Assembly (NCBI GenBank): GCA_964510635.1
Contig: CAZEBS010000007.1
Location: forward strand, 22,386 to 86,385
Length of the DNA stretch: 64,000 bases
Reading direction: 5' to 3'
Source of the DNA: an uncultured Candidatus Bathyarchaeia archaeon
Lineage (GTDB): Archaea > Thermoproteota > Bathyarchaeia > Bathyarchaeales > Bathyarchaeaceae
Shown here: positions 19,000 through 27,219 of the stretch, piece after piece
Numbering within the stretch: position 1 is the stretch's first letter
How the letters are laid out: each line of letters begins with the position of its first letter
Translations under genes and position numbers: made by a program
The notes under the pieces: generated by a model
What the model saw: only the letters and a program-made list of their open reading frames with translations
Told to the model about the DNA's origin: nothing
Databases searched by the model: none

Positions 19000-19542
19000 C
19001 TATACAATATATCGGTAGGCTTCGTACTTTCCTGCAGTGGTGCTCTTTCTGATGACTCTAACTATGTCGCCTGGCTTGCCGCCCACAGCTATTATGGCAG
19101 GGTCGTGAGCGTTGATTCGAGGCAGCTGGTATGCTTGCACCTTATAGTCTTCCAGAAACTTCTCCTTTTCCTTAGGTGTGAGAAGTTCATGCTTCGACAC
19201 AAAATCGTGGTCGAAAATTTGGAAGGAGGGAAAGATTTTGGGTATCAGTTCTATTCCATTTTTTTTAGAGCGGGTCTTAGCTGTGTGAGTATATTTTCCG
19301 ATAGTTGTGATTATTCCTTTCTCAATTTCGGCGTCGTCCATGGCTTTTTTGAGTTGGGTAACATATGCGACGCCCACTGTTCCGTCTGTAGTAACAGCCC
19401 AAATAATCGCCTTCTTGCCATCCTTCATTTTGACCGTGAAGCTGATGGCATTCTTTATGTCTTCCTTTTTAAGTAGCTTGTAACCACGAAGTTTTATTAG
19501 AATCTTGGTTTTCTTCTCTACCAACGTTTCTTCAGAACTCAA
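19000..19542 (-). CDS. rpoH: DNA-directed RNA polymerase subunit H (Rpb5 homologue) with a long N-terminal domain
   Basis: The C-terminal HELLTPKEKEKFLEDYKVQAYQLPRINAHDPAIIAVGGKPGDIVRVIRKSTTAGKYEAYRYIV is a clear RpoH/Rpb5 C-domain. The protein is 180 aa, whereas typical archaeal RpoH is ~75-85 aa. See findings. Confidence 0.8.
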   Translation of the reverse strand: MSSEETLVEKKTKILIKLRGYKLLKKEDIKNAISFTVKMKDGKKAIIWAVTTDGTVGVAYVTQLKKAMDDAEIEKGIITTIGKYTHTAKTRSKKNGIELIPKIFPSFQIFDHDFVSKHELLTPKEKEKFLEDYKVQAYQLPRINAHDPAIIAVGGKPGDIVRVIRKSTTAGKYEAYRYIV

Positions 19543-19622
19543 CTATTCATTCCTCGAGCTAGACAGGTATTTAAAGGGAAAACTGTCTGCGAACCCTTAA
19601 ACTTTACGCTATTTCAGCTTGT

Positions 19623-19850
19623 TTACAGTTCAGTTACGGTGATTATGGATACGGGACATGAATCTTCTGCTTCTCTAGCGCTTTCAATCTCCTCATCGTC
19701 GAAGACTCCTGATGATGCATTAGCGTCAGTTTCTCCTCCGATCACGGTTGACTTTCCTTCATCGTCTGGTTCAAAGTGAGAAGGGTTCAGGCTGTAGCAT
19801 GTGCCGCAAGCGATGCAACCCCCGCGTTCAATCTCAATCTTATATTTCAT
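19623..19850 (-). CDS. Small ferredoxin (single-cluster type)
   Basis: 75 aa with CIACGTCY...C-terminal CP and an acidic middle region. Confidence 0.7.
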   Translation of the reverse strand: MKYKIEIERGGCIACGTCYSLNPSHFEPDDEGKSTVIGGETDANASSGVFDDEEIESAREAEDSCPVSIITVTEL

Positions 19851-20016
19851 GTAATCCCCCGCTTATCAGGTTCAGTGCTGAGGCAATAAATTTTTTTCTA
19901 TCCGAACAAAAACTGCTGTTCAAAGAATCTAGAGGGATTGTACGTGTTCATACAAACCATACAGAACGGTTATATGACTTTGTTTGTCCATAAGTGAAAA
20001 AGTAGAGTGAAGAACC

Positions 20017-20751
20017 ATGAAAACTATAGATGTTGCAATGATAGGAGTAAGCGCTGCCCTCTATGCAATAGTTGGAATGTTAACAAGCATGGGAATCATA
20101 GCACCCGTTTTCGGAGTGGTCAAATTTTGGCCAGCTGTTGTAGTTCCTGGAATTTTTGCTGTTCTTTTTGGTCGTTGGGTTGGAGGATTAGGCGCAGCAA
20201 TCGGAATCTTCGTCAGTGATGTGATAGCAGGTCATGGAAACGCTATTTTGAGCTTCACTATTGGGTGTACCTCAAATTTTGTTGCTTTCTATCTCGTAGG
20301 TTGGCTTTCGAGAAGAAACATGACGTGGCGTGACATGATTAGCCTATTGATTATTGGAAGTGCAGCGTTGACGGGAATGATTGGTTACCTGTTCTCAATT
20401 AATCAGTTGACTTCGGATGTGGTCGCCATGTTTCTGGGGGTCCTCTATGCCAGCGTTGCCATAGTAATCGGATTTGGGTTATGGAAGCCTGAATGGAAAA
20501 ACTATGGCTTAGCCTCGGTTATTGGACTTCTCGTGGGGAGTGCCATCATAGGTTTCGGTCTTTGGGCGTATAGCTACATTCTTCCATTACCCTTTACAGG
20601 GATGGAACGCAACGTCCCATTGTATGCAAGTTTCTCTTGGATGGTTTGGACCTTTGCCACTGAAATTCCGTTCCTCGTAGCCATTGTTCCTCCTGTTGTG
20701 AAAGTCTGCTACAGAGCTTTTCCGTTCCTAGAGCCTCCCAACATAGGGTAA
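20017..20751 (+). CDS. Integral membrane protein, ECF S-component-like (substrate unknown)
   Basis: 244 aa, ~6 TM, Gly-rich helices. Sits directly upstream of the CoA-pathway genes pantoate kinase and PPAT. Confidence 0.4.
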   Translation: MKTIDVAMIGVSAALYAIVGMLTSMGIIAPVFGVVKFWPAVVVPGIFAVLFGRWVGGLGAAIGIFVSDVIAGHGNAILSFTIGCTSNFVAFYLVGWLSRRNMTWRDMISLLIIGSAALTGMIGYLFSINQLTSDVVAMFLGVLYASVAIVIGFGLWKPEWKNYGLASVIGLLVGSAIIGFGLWAYSYILPLPFTGMERNVPLYASFSWMVWTFATEIPFLVAIVPPVVKVCYRAFPFLEPPNIG

Positions 20752-20763
20752 GAGGCGAATGAC

Positions 20764-21693
20764 GTGCCCAAGCGCGCCAGAGCTTTCAGTCCTGCGGGAA
20801 TAAGCAGCTTCTTCGAAATCTGCGACAGAACCCGTGATGGGATATTGATTACTGACCTTGAACGCGTTGGCTCTCGGGGTGGAGGCTTTTCTCCAGACAA
20901 AGGAGTCTCAACTGAAGTTACAGTGGCTGAGGCTGGGGAAGCTCAGGTTCAAGTGGTCATCAATGGGGAAAACTGTCCACAGGCTGCCACAACGAAATCT
21001 GTTGTTGAAATGCTGACCTCCAAGGTTTCTGAAAACTATGCAATAACCGTCATGCATCAGGTAGATGTCCCTGTTGGTGCGGGCTTCGGTTCTAGCGCTG
21101 CTGGTGCTTTAGGGGCTGCTTTGGCTCTGAGCAAAGCTTTGGGTCTTAACCTTACGTATAATCAGTTAGGCAGAATAGCTCACGTGGCTGAAGTGAAATG
21201 CAAAACAGGTTTAGGAACAGTAGGTCCATTATTGTTTGGAGGCTGTGGATTAACCCTTGAGCCGGGCGCACCAGGAATTGCCCGTCTAGATCGTATTCCT
21301 GTTTCCTCTGATCACAGACTGGTTGTGGGCACTTTCAGACCATACCCAACCAAGGAATTGCTTTCATCTCAAGAATCTCGGGAAGTAATTAACGAGTGGG
21401 GACGAAAGACCCTCAAACGAATTCTTGCTGGTCCATCTCTTGAGAATTTTATGGGCGCTTGTAAAGATTTTGCTGTGGGCACAGGTTTTGTTACAGATCG
21501 TGTTCAGAAGTTGATGGAGCTGGCTGAGAAAGCTGGGGCTGTTGGTGCGGCACAGAATATGCTGGGGGAGGCGGTTCATGCCGTGGTTACTGTTGAGAAG
21601 ATGGATGATGTTTATGATGCCTTCAGGAAAGTTTTGCCTGAAGAAAAGATTATTACCGCCAAAATTGACTTTCAAGGCGCACGTATTGGGTGA
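20764..21693 (+). CDS. Pantoate kinase (archaeal GHMP-family kinase)
   Basis: AFSPAGISSFFEI start and the GHMP motif PVGAGFGSSAAGALGAALAL. Adjacent to PPAT. GTG start. Confidence 0.7.
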   Translation: MPKRARAFSPAGISSFFEICDRTRDGILITDLERVGSRGGGFSPDKGVSTEVTVAEAGEAQVQVVINGENCPQAATTKSVVEMLTSKVSENYAITVMHQVDVPVGAGFGSSAAGALGAALALSKALGLNLTYNQLGRIAHVAEVKCKTGLGTVGPLLFGGCGLTLEPGAPGIARLDRIPVSSDHRLVVGTFRPYPTKELLSSQESREVINEWGRKTLKRILAGPSLENFMGACKDFAVGTGFVTDRVQKLMELAEKAGAVGAAQNMLGEAVHAVVTVEKMDDVYDAFRKVLPEEKIITAKIDFQGARIG

Positions 21694-21702
21694 TGAAACG
21701 TA

Positions 21703-22173
21703 GTGAAGAAAACGTTTGAGACCGTGGCTGTTGGCGGCACCTTTGATCTGTTTCATAGAGGACACCGAGCATTACTCCGGAAGGCCTTCAAGGTTGGAAA
21801 CCGTGTTCTCATAGGTGTGTGTTCAGACGATTTTGTGAAGAAAATGAGGAAACCTCACGGAATCGCATCCTACGCTAAACGTCTTGAAGAGCTGGAAAAG
21901 CTACTAAAAAAGAAAGGCGTGTTGGAGAGGGCGGAGATTTCGCCCTTAGATGATGAGTATGGACTCACGTTGTCAGATACGCGGATTGACGCCATAGTTG
22001 TGAGCGCGGAAACGGAGCCGCGGGCTCACAAGATTAACGAAAAACGTAAGAGTCTTGGGATGGCGCCTCTGCCGATTGTTGTTGTGAAGATGGTTCTTTC
22101 TGAAGACCTTTATCCGATTTCGTCCACCCGCATCTGGTTCGAGGAAATCGACAGGGAAGGAAATCTGCTCTAA
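21703..22173 (+). CDS. coaD: Phosphopantetheine adenylyltransferase (archaeal cytidylyltransferase-family PPAT)
   Basis: VAVGGTFDLFHRGHRALL carries the (H/T)xGH nucleotidyltransferase motif. 156 aa. Confidence 0.75.
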   Translation: MKKTFETVAVGGTFDLFHRGHRALLRKAFKVGNRVLIGVCSDDFVKKMRKPHGIASYAKRLEELEKLLKKKGVLERAEISPLDDEYGLTLSDTRIDAIVVSAETEPRAHKINEKRKSLGMAPLPIVVVKMVLSEDLYPISSTRIWFEEIDREGNLL

Positions 22174-22237
22174 TTTTTCTTCTACAAGAAAAAGGAGATT
22201 GTTTTAAGCCGCTTTTTGTATCTATCTAGGTTAGAGA

Positions 22238-23365
22238 ATGGGTTGTGCCTTGAAGAGAACAGGGGTTACGAGTCTTCCGCTTCATTACGGTAAAGCGCCG
22301 AGATGGCTTGTTTTTCGAATGCAGAGACTCGCCAACGAGATGGTTACTATAATGGTGGATGAGTATGGCGTGGACATGTTCCTTAGGCGCGTCTCGGACC
22401 CATTCTGGTTTCAGGCCTTAGGCTGCGTCTTGGGGTATGACTGGCACTCGTCTGGCGTCACCACTGTCTTAACAGGCGTTCTAAAAACTGCAATAAACAA
22501 GATGGAACTGGGAGTGACTGTTTGTGGTGGCAAGGGCAAAACCTCTCGTAAAACTCCTGAAGAAATTGATCAGCTTGGAGAAAAGTACGGTTTTTCGGAA
22601 GGCAAGCTCGACAGTTTGCTGTATGCCAGTAAAATGAGCGCAAAGGTTGACAGCACTGCAGTTCAGGCAGGTTATCCTCTTTATCATCATGCCTTTTTTG
22701 TTACGGAAGGGGGGGAATGGGCTGTGGTTCAGCAGGGAATAAACGCTAATGACAAGTCGGCGCGGAGGTATCATTGGTTATCCGAGAATGTGAAAGATTT
22801 TGTTGTTGAGCCTCATGACGCCGTGGTTGGCGACATGAAAAAGGATGTGGTGCTGGACATGACTGCACGAGAAAGTGAAGGCTGCCGAAAGACTTCCACT
22901 GACATCGTCAAGGAGAATCCTAAGAAGTTGAGGAAGACCATTCTTTCTATTCGTCCTGTCCATCAGAAGTCTCTACAGGAGTGGATTCCCCAGCCTCTAG
23001 GAAAAGAGTACGCTGTTGATGCTTTTTCGTTGCCTCGTAACCTTAACTGGAATACGGTTAAGAGGGTGTACGATTTTCAGCCCAAAAACTATGAGGAACT
23101 ACTGGGCATTAGGGGAGTGGGTCCTGCAACTGTCAGAGCTTTAGCTTTAGTGTCTGAGATGGTCTACGGCGAGAAACCATGCTGGGAAGATCCCATAAAA
23201 TACAGTTTCTGTGTGGGCGGAAAGGATGGAGTTCCTTATCCCGTGGATAGGGCAACCTACGATGAGACTATAGAGATTTTGGGAAGCGCAATAAAACAAG
23301 CCAAAGTTGGCAACAAAGAGAGACTTAATGCGGTGAAGAGGCTGCGGACTCTCACAAATCAGTGA
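22238..23365 (+). CDS. DUF763-family protein
   Basis: TSLPLHYGKAPRWLVFRMQRLA...RVSDPFWFQALGCVLGYDWHSSGVTTV matches my memory of the conserved DUF763 N-terminus. Confidence 0.65.
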   Translation: MGCALKRTGVTSLPLHYGKAPRWLVFRMQRLANEMVTIMVDEYGVDMFLRRVSDPFWFQALGCVLGYDWHSSGVTTVLTGVLKTAINKMELGVTVCGGKGKTSRKTPEEIDQLGEKYGFSEGKLDSLLYASKMSAKVDSTAVQAGYPLYHHAFFVTEGGEWAVVQQGINANDKSARRYHWLSENVKDFVVEPHDAVVGDMKKDVVLDMTARESEGCRKTSTDIVKENPKKLRKTILSIRPVHQKSLQEWIPQPLGKEYAVDAFSLPRNLNWNTVKRVYDFQPKNYEELLGIRGVGPATVRALALVSEMVYGEKPCWEDPIKYSFCVGGKDGVPYPVDRATYDETIEILGSAIKQAKVGNKERLNAVKRLRTLTNQ

Positions 23366-23480
23366 GATACGAATTGTTTTTGTGGATTTGGCGGGATTTT
23401 GAGTCAGACTTATATGATTGACTGTCGGTATCATATATCTTAATCGTTCAGATTACATGGTTTCACAGGCTGGATGGTCT

Positions 23481-23702
23481 ATGGTTAAAAAAATTCACAT
23501 TATAGTCAACTTGCTACCCGAAGCATGCGAGGTTTCAACTGGCCAGATTGAGGAAAAGATACGGAATGAAGCAAAAATTCCTTGGTGCAAAAGCATCGAG
23601 GAAGTGTCGATTGAGGATGCTGAAGAGTCCATCCGGAATCTGAAAAAGCAGGGAGTTTCTAGTAACGTAGCAAGAAATCTTGTAGGCCTTTACACTGAAT
23701 GA
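23481..23702 (+). CDS. Hypothetical small protein
   Basis: ORF from the ATG at 23481 (MVKKIHIIVNLL...). No recognisable motif. The track start at 23418 is a TTG in what looks like non-coding sequence. Confidence 0.3.
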   Translation: MVKKIHIIVNLLPEACEVSTGQIEEKIRNEAKIPWCKSIEEVSIEDAEESIRNLKKQGVSSNVARNLVGLYTE

Positions 23703-23714
23703 CAATCGATGCAA

Positions 23715-24764
23715 TTATTTTGCCAATATCATGTGATCAGAGGGTTTGCTTCCCAGCAGCAACCTGAAGTGGTCACGTTTTCCTTCTTGTTGAACGCGTT
23801 CAAGTTTTCCTTCTGCAATCACTGTTTCACCACTTTTTGCTTGTTCACAGAATCTTCCTCGAAAGGACACGATCTCTTCAATTGGTTTAGTTTTGTTGCC
23901 TTCAAGTGTTTGCACGTTGGCGAGTTTGTATGTGCATGGCGTGAAGAGGGCTTCTGAGTCGTCGGCAATTGTGGCTTTTATTTTTGCATTGCCTTCGGGC
24001 TTGTAGATGATGCTGCCGTATTGTTCACTGATTTCGTTCCGGTCTTTCACGAAGCGGATAAAGAAGTGTTTGTTCATGAATTTGCCGTGAGAAACTTTTC
24101 GGGAGTCGGTTCGAACAAAATCTTCGAAAGTTACGTTGGTGTCCTTCGAACGGAAATCGAACAACTCTTTTAATCCATCATGGTTGTAGGCTTCGAATGG
24201 GCTGGCTTCGTCTTCCAGCAGTTTCTTCATTGTTTCTGCTACCCTGTAGCCTGTTTTGGTTCCGTAAACAACGAGATCAATGTCTGAGGCTGGCTCCTGA
24301 AGCCTGACTAGGATTGACCCTGAAACGCCCAGCTTGCTCCATTGAACCCCCGATTTTTCCTTTAGAAGTTCCATGAACCGTAAAGCCGCTGTTTCTGCCT
24401 CATCCAAGTTGTTTCTGTTTCGTAGCTCCTGCAACCCCTGAGCTGGCTGGTAATGGGTTTTTATGTCTTCGTGGGGGACTTCGCATAGTAGCGTGTTGAA
24501 GACTGTGTCCTCGACGAGGTATTGGGGGTATTTCTGTTTCAGTAGGGCGTAGCGTTCGGAGAGGTTGTAGAATTTGCTGTATCGTCTTCCATCTCTTTCT
24601 CGGCTGCCCGTTGGGTCAGGAACGTAACGAATGAAGGCAACCACCCTGTCCGGAGGATGAACTAACCCCTTAACATCAAAAACGATGCCGTCCACTGATT
24701 CTATGAGGTCGCCTTCTCTAAACCTGATGTCCAGTTTTTGGTTTTCTCCTTTCTGAGCATTCAA
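23715..24764 (-). CDS. Predicted Pol-beta-superfamily nucleotidyltransferase with a C-terminal OB-like domain
   Basis: GVSGSILVRLQEPASDIDLVVYG carries the G-S...D-x-D minimal nucleotidyltransferase motif. 349 aa. The C-terminal beta-rich segment is only presumed to be OB-like. Confidence 0.5.
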   Translation of the reverse strand: MNAQKGENQKLDIRFREGDLIESVDGIVFDVKGLVHPPDRVVAFIRYVPDPTGSRERDGRRYSKFYNLSERYALLKQKYPQYLVEDTVFNTLLCEVPHEDIKTHYQPAQGLQELRNRNNLDEAETAALRFMELLKEKSGVQWSKLGVSGSILVRLQEPASDIDLVVYGTKTGYRVAETMKKLLEDEASPFEAYNHDGLKELFDFRSKDTNVTFEDFVRTDSRKVSHGKFMNKHFFIRFVKDRNEISEQYGSIIYKPEGNAKIKATIADDSEALFTPCTYKLANVQTLEGNKTKPIEEIVSFRGRFCEQAKSGETVIAEGKLERVQQEGKRDHFRLLLGSKPSDHMILAK

Positions 24765-24766
24765 CT

Positions 24767-25513
24767 CTACTTTTGTTTCGGCATTAATTTAGATTGCAGA
24801 TAATCTACAGCTGTTATTCTTATACCGCTTCTCTTCAATGCTATGAGGACACCACTGCCAATAATTGCCCCCATAAGACAATTCAAGGAATCTGCTATTG
24901 CGTAATACACGGTCAAAGGCGCCCAGAACGCATACAAGTCGGGGATTCCCCAGCCCAATACCCAGACGGCAATATTGTTACCTGTAATCACATCACCGCC
25001 TATACGGGCTATCCAAGCTAAACACCAAAGAGCTATTGGTAGGTATTTCTTGTTTCTGGTGACAATAGTGTTAACGATCCATTTCCTTACTGGAGGAATA
25101 ACGATAAGCGCTAGGACAAGCCAGTATTCCCATGTGATGATAGGCATTTGTTCATACCAAGCAAATGGGTGAAGGAACCATATCACAAGCTGACCAAGAA
25201 GTATCAATGTGGCTTCTTTCCATCGATTGAATAAAACGAGTCCACTCATTAATGCTGCCAGTGTTGGAGCTAGAAATGTTAGTACTCCGATTGAGGTTGC
25301 TGGGTTAACAATAGGAACTGCCCAGCCGAAGATTAAACCCGAGACTGTTCCATATATTGGACCTAACAAGGGTGCTGTTAAGCTTGAAAGTAAAACGCTG
25401 GAAACTGTTATTTGAGCAGAAGTTCCTGCAATGGGATAAACTGGCCAGAAGCTAACTGCAAGGAGAAGGGCAGTCCAGATAGCGATTAGGGCTATGTTGA
25501 TGCTACTGAACAT
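24767..25513 (-). CDS. Integral membrane protein (transporter S-component-like)
   Basis: Hydrophobic from MFSSINIALIAIW onward. I use the ATG at 25513. The track N-terminal extension to 25657 covers a conserved non-coding repeat and looks non-coding. Confidence 0.5.
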   Translation of the reverse strand: MFSSINIALIAIWTALLLAVSFWPVYPIAGTSAQITVSSVLLSSLTAPLLGPIYGTVSGLIFGWAVPIVNPATSIGVLTFLAPTLAALMSGLVLFNRWKEATLILLGQLVIWFLHPFAWYEQMPIITWEYWLVLALIVIPPVRKWIVNTIVTRNKKYLPIALWCLAWIARIGGDVITGNNIAVWVLGWGIPDLYAFWAPLTVYYAIADSLNCLMGAIIGSGVLIALKRSGIRITAVDYLQSKLMPKQK

Positions 25514-25629
25514 GCTTTTTTCTTTTGTTTCAACCAATATTTTTGCCTCAATGAGAGTTTGTTCGCTGTGTAATTTTTTACACTCTATCCCTGCCTCTGT
25601 ATATAAGATTAACTCTTTTTTTCGGCAGT

Positions 25630-25683
25630 TTTTCTGAAAAAATACTGTTTTCAACAATGTACCTCTATTAGGAGTCTAATATG
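25630..25683 (+). repeat. Copy B of the tripartite element
   Basis: tttttctgaaaaaatactgTTTTCAACAATgtacctCTATTAGGagtctAATATG. The blocks are at 25648-25658, 25665-25672 and 25678-25683. Confidence 0.6.
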
Positions 25684-25717
25684 CTGACAGTTATGAGAAG
25701 CAGATAGTTCCAGTGTG

Positions 25718-25774
25718 CAGAAAAACAGAAAAACCATTTTTTCAACAATCTGCTGCTATTAGGTTCCTAATATG
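25718..25774 (+). repeat. Copy C of the tripartite element
   Basis: cagaaaaacagaaaaaccatTTTTCAACAATctgctgCTATTAGGttcctAATATG. The blocks are at 25739-25749, 25756-25763 and 25769-25774, 91 nt downstream of copy B. Confidence 0.6.
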
Positions 25775-25944
25775 TTCTGGTTCTTTCCGTCGCTTTTGTG
25801 TTTGTAATGATTGTGTTTATTTGGTTGTGTGTGTTGTTTTGGAATTGTATTGGATTTTTCTTGTTTATTTTTTGATGCTTTTTTTTGTTTGGTTTGACTG
25901 TTTGATTACTTTGTTTTGGCTAAACGTTGTTTTAGGTGGTAAAA

Positions 25945-26054
25945 TGAACAAACATTCACTTCGTAGAAACTAAATAAATATATGTTCAGTAAAAAGAAAA
26001 GGTTTATATACAAATAGTCAATATTCATCAGATTAATTGAATAAGAGGTGTTCA
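25945..26054 (+). promoter_or_regulatory. Promoter module of KaiC-like gene 1: upstream site TGAACAAACATTCA, TATA block TTTATATACAAA, AATATTC box, and SD AGAGGTG
   Basis: TGAACAAACATTCA at 25945-25958, then 44 nt, then TTTATATACAAA at 26003-26014, then 5 nt, then AATATTC at 26020-26026, with AGAGGTG at 26044-26050. The same architecture occurs at 27107-27219 and on the minus strand at 42463-42563. Confidence 0.65.
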
Positions 26055-26800
26055 GTGTGACGATTCCAAAAACAAGAACCATCGAATGGATTGACATAGG
26101 AGTAAAGGGACTGACAGATTTCATTCCTGGACTACCAAAAGGCGACGCAATTCTGATCCGAGGTGAACCAGGTACTGGGAAAACAATCTGCTGTCTACAA
26201 TTCCTTCATAAAGGAGCAGAACTAGGCGAAAAATGTCTATACATTACCACAGAAGAAACTCCCGAATCAGTAATGCGAACTGGAGCAGAACTCTGGTCCG
26301 ACTTCCCCGACCTGATCAGAGACGGAACAATACAGGTCATCAACATGTCCATAAGCGCAGAATACGCCAGCGAATACGGCATACTTGAAAAAGCAGAAGC
26401 AATGACTATTGCCGAAAAAGGATTTGCTGCACAACCCAAAGCAACCAGAATCGTAATCGACTCACTATCTTCCCTTGAGAGGCGCCTGTCTGATTATGAA
26501 GAATTCCGAGAAGTCTTTATGAGGTTGCTACTGGAAACCAAACGCAAAGGAGCAACTGTGATGCTTACCGCCGAAGGTATCCCCCTGACTCCGGACATCA
26601 CTGAATATCTCGTAGACCACTTGATATACCTTGACTACCGAAAACAAGACAATGAATGGACACGCGTGTACATTCTCCGAAAGTCACGAAGCGTACCCCT
26701 GAAACCTCAGATACTCAAGCTAGACATCAAACCAGGCGGTCTATCAGTCGAAGAAACACCATTCGCACTAAATCCTGTGTGGTTCCAAAGCAAAATCTAA
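26055..26800 (+). CDS. KaiC/RecA-superfamily ATPase, single-domain (paralogue 1)
   Basis: Walker A GEPGTGKTICCLQF, LYITTEETP, and Walker B RIVIDSLSSL. I place the start at GTG 26055, which aligns with the ATG of the paralogue behind the same AAGAGGTG-N6 context. Confidence 0.8.
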
Positions 26801-26816
26801 GCAAAGAATTGCTGCG

Positions 26817-26860
26817 CCTCACATCAACTGTGAGGACTACCCTTTTTTCTTCCTTTTTCT
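26817..26860 (+). terminator. Hairpin plus T-run terminator after KaiC-like gene 1
   Basis: CCTCACA-tcaac-TGTGAGG (26817-26835), followed by cccTTTTTTcTTccTTTTT. Confidence 0.5.
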
Positions 26861-27106
26861 AACTTAGTACAGTTGTTAAAAGTAAATCGTTAAGCAGGCG
26901 CTTTTATGTACATTGAGTTTGCTGTCGCTTGTTCGCTCCCGCCCCTTTTTTTGGGATTTTCGAGAGTGCATGAATGTGTATATTTTGTCCGCTGGGTGTT
27001 CTTGAGTTTAACAGGATTTTTCTGGGTTTGTTTTTTAGCAATAAATCACGTCTTAATTAATTAATTAAAAACTTTCTGGATTGAAATTTAATTTTTAATA
27101 ACATAT

Positions 27107-27219
27107 TGAACAAACATTCAGAGTTTAGAGAGTTACTAAATAAATATTCAGTAAAAAGAAAACATTTATATACAAATAGTCAATATTCTGCTGTTTAATT
27201 GAATAAGAGGTGATTCAGT
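27107..27219 (+). promoter_or_regulatory. Promoter module of KaiC-like gene 2 / amt; a duplicate of the 25945-26054 module
   Basis: TGAACAAACATTCA at 27107-27120, then 44 nt, then TTTATATACAAA at 27165-27176, then tagtc, then AATATTC at 27182-27188, followed by TTAATTGAATAAGAGGTG before the ATG at 27220. Confidence 0.65.

Noticed and set aside
25690-25720. ORB-like string TTCCAGTGtgcAGAAAAAC, together with long AT- and GT-rich spacers, as a possible replication origin.
   Set aside because: It is only a single imperfect half-match to my memory of archaeal origin recognition boxes. No inverted second ORB is present and no orc1/cdc6 gene is in the window. The evidence is insufficient.
25630-25774. 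The tandem B/C repeat copies as a possible minimal CRISPR array.
   Set aside because: There are only two tandem copies. The repeats are not identical outside three short blocks. No cas genes are present, and the third copy is solitary and 23 kb away. This is not CRISPR-like.
25713-25973. 86-aa ORF (MCRKTEKPFF...FCVCNDCVYLVVCVVLELYW...) in the spacer upstream of KaiC-like gene 1.
   Set aside because: Its sequence is dictated by the G+T-skewed tract (Phe/Val/Cys/Leu/Trp runs). It also spans repeat copy C and the conserved promoter upstream site. I treat the region as non-coding.
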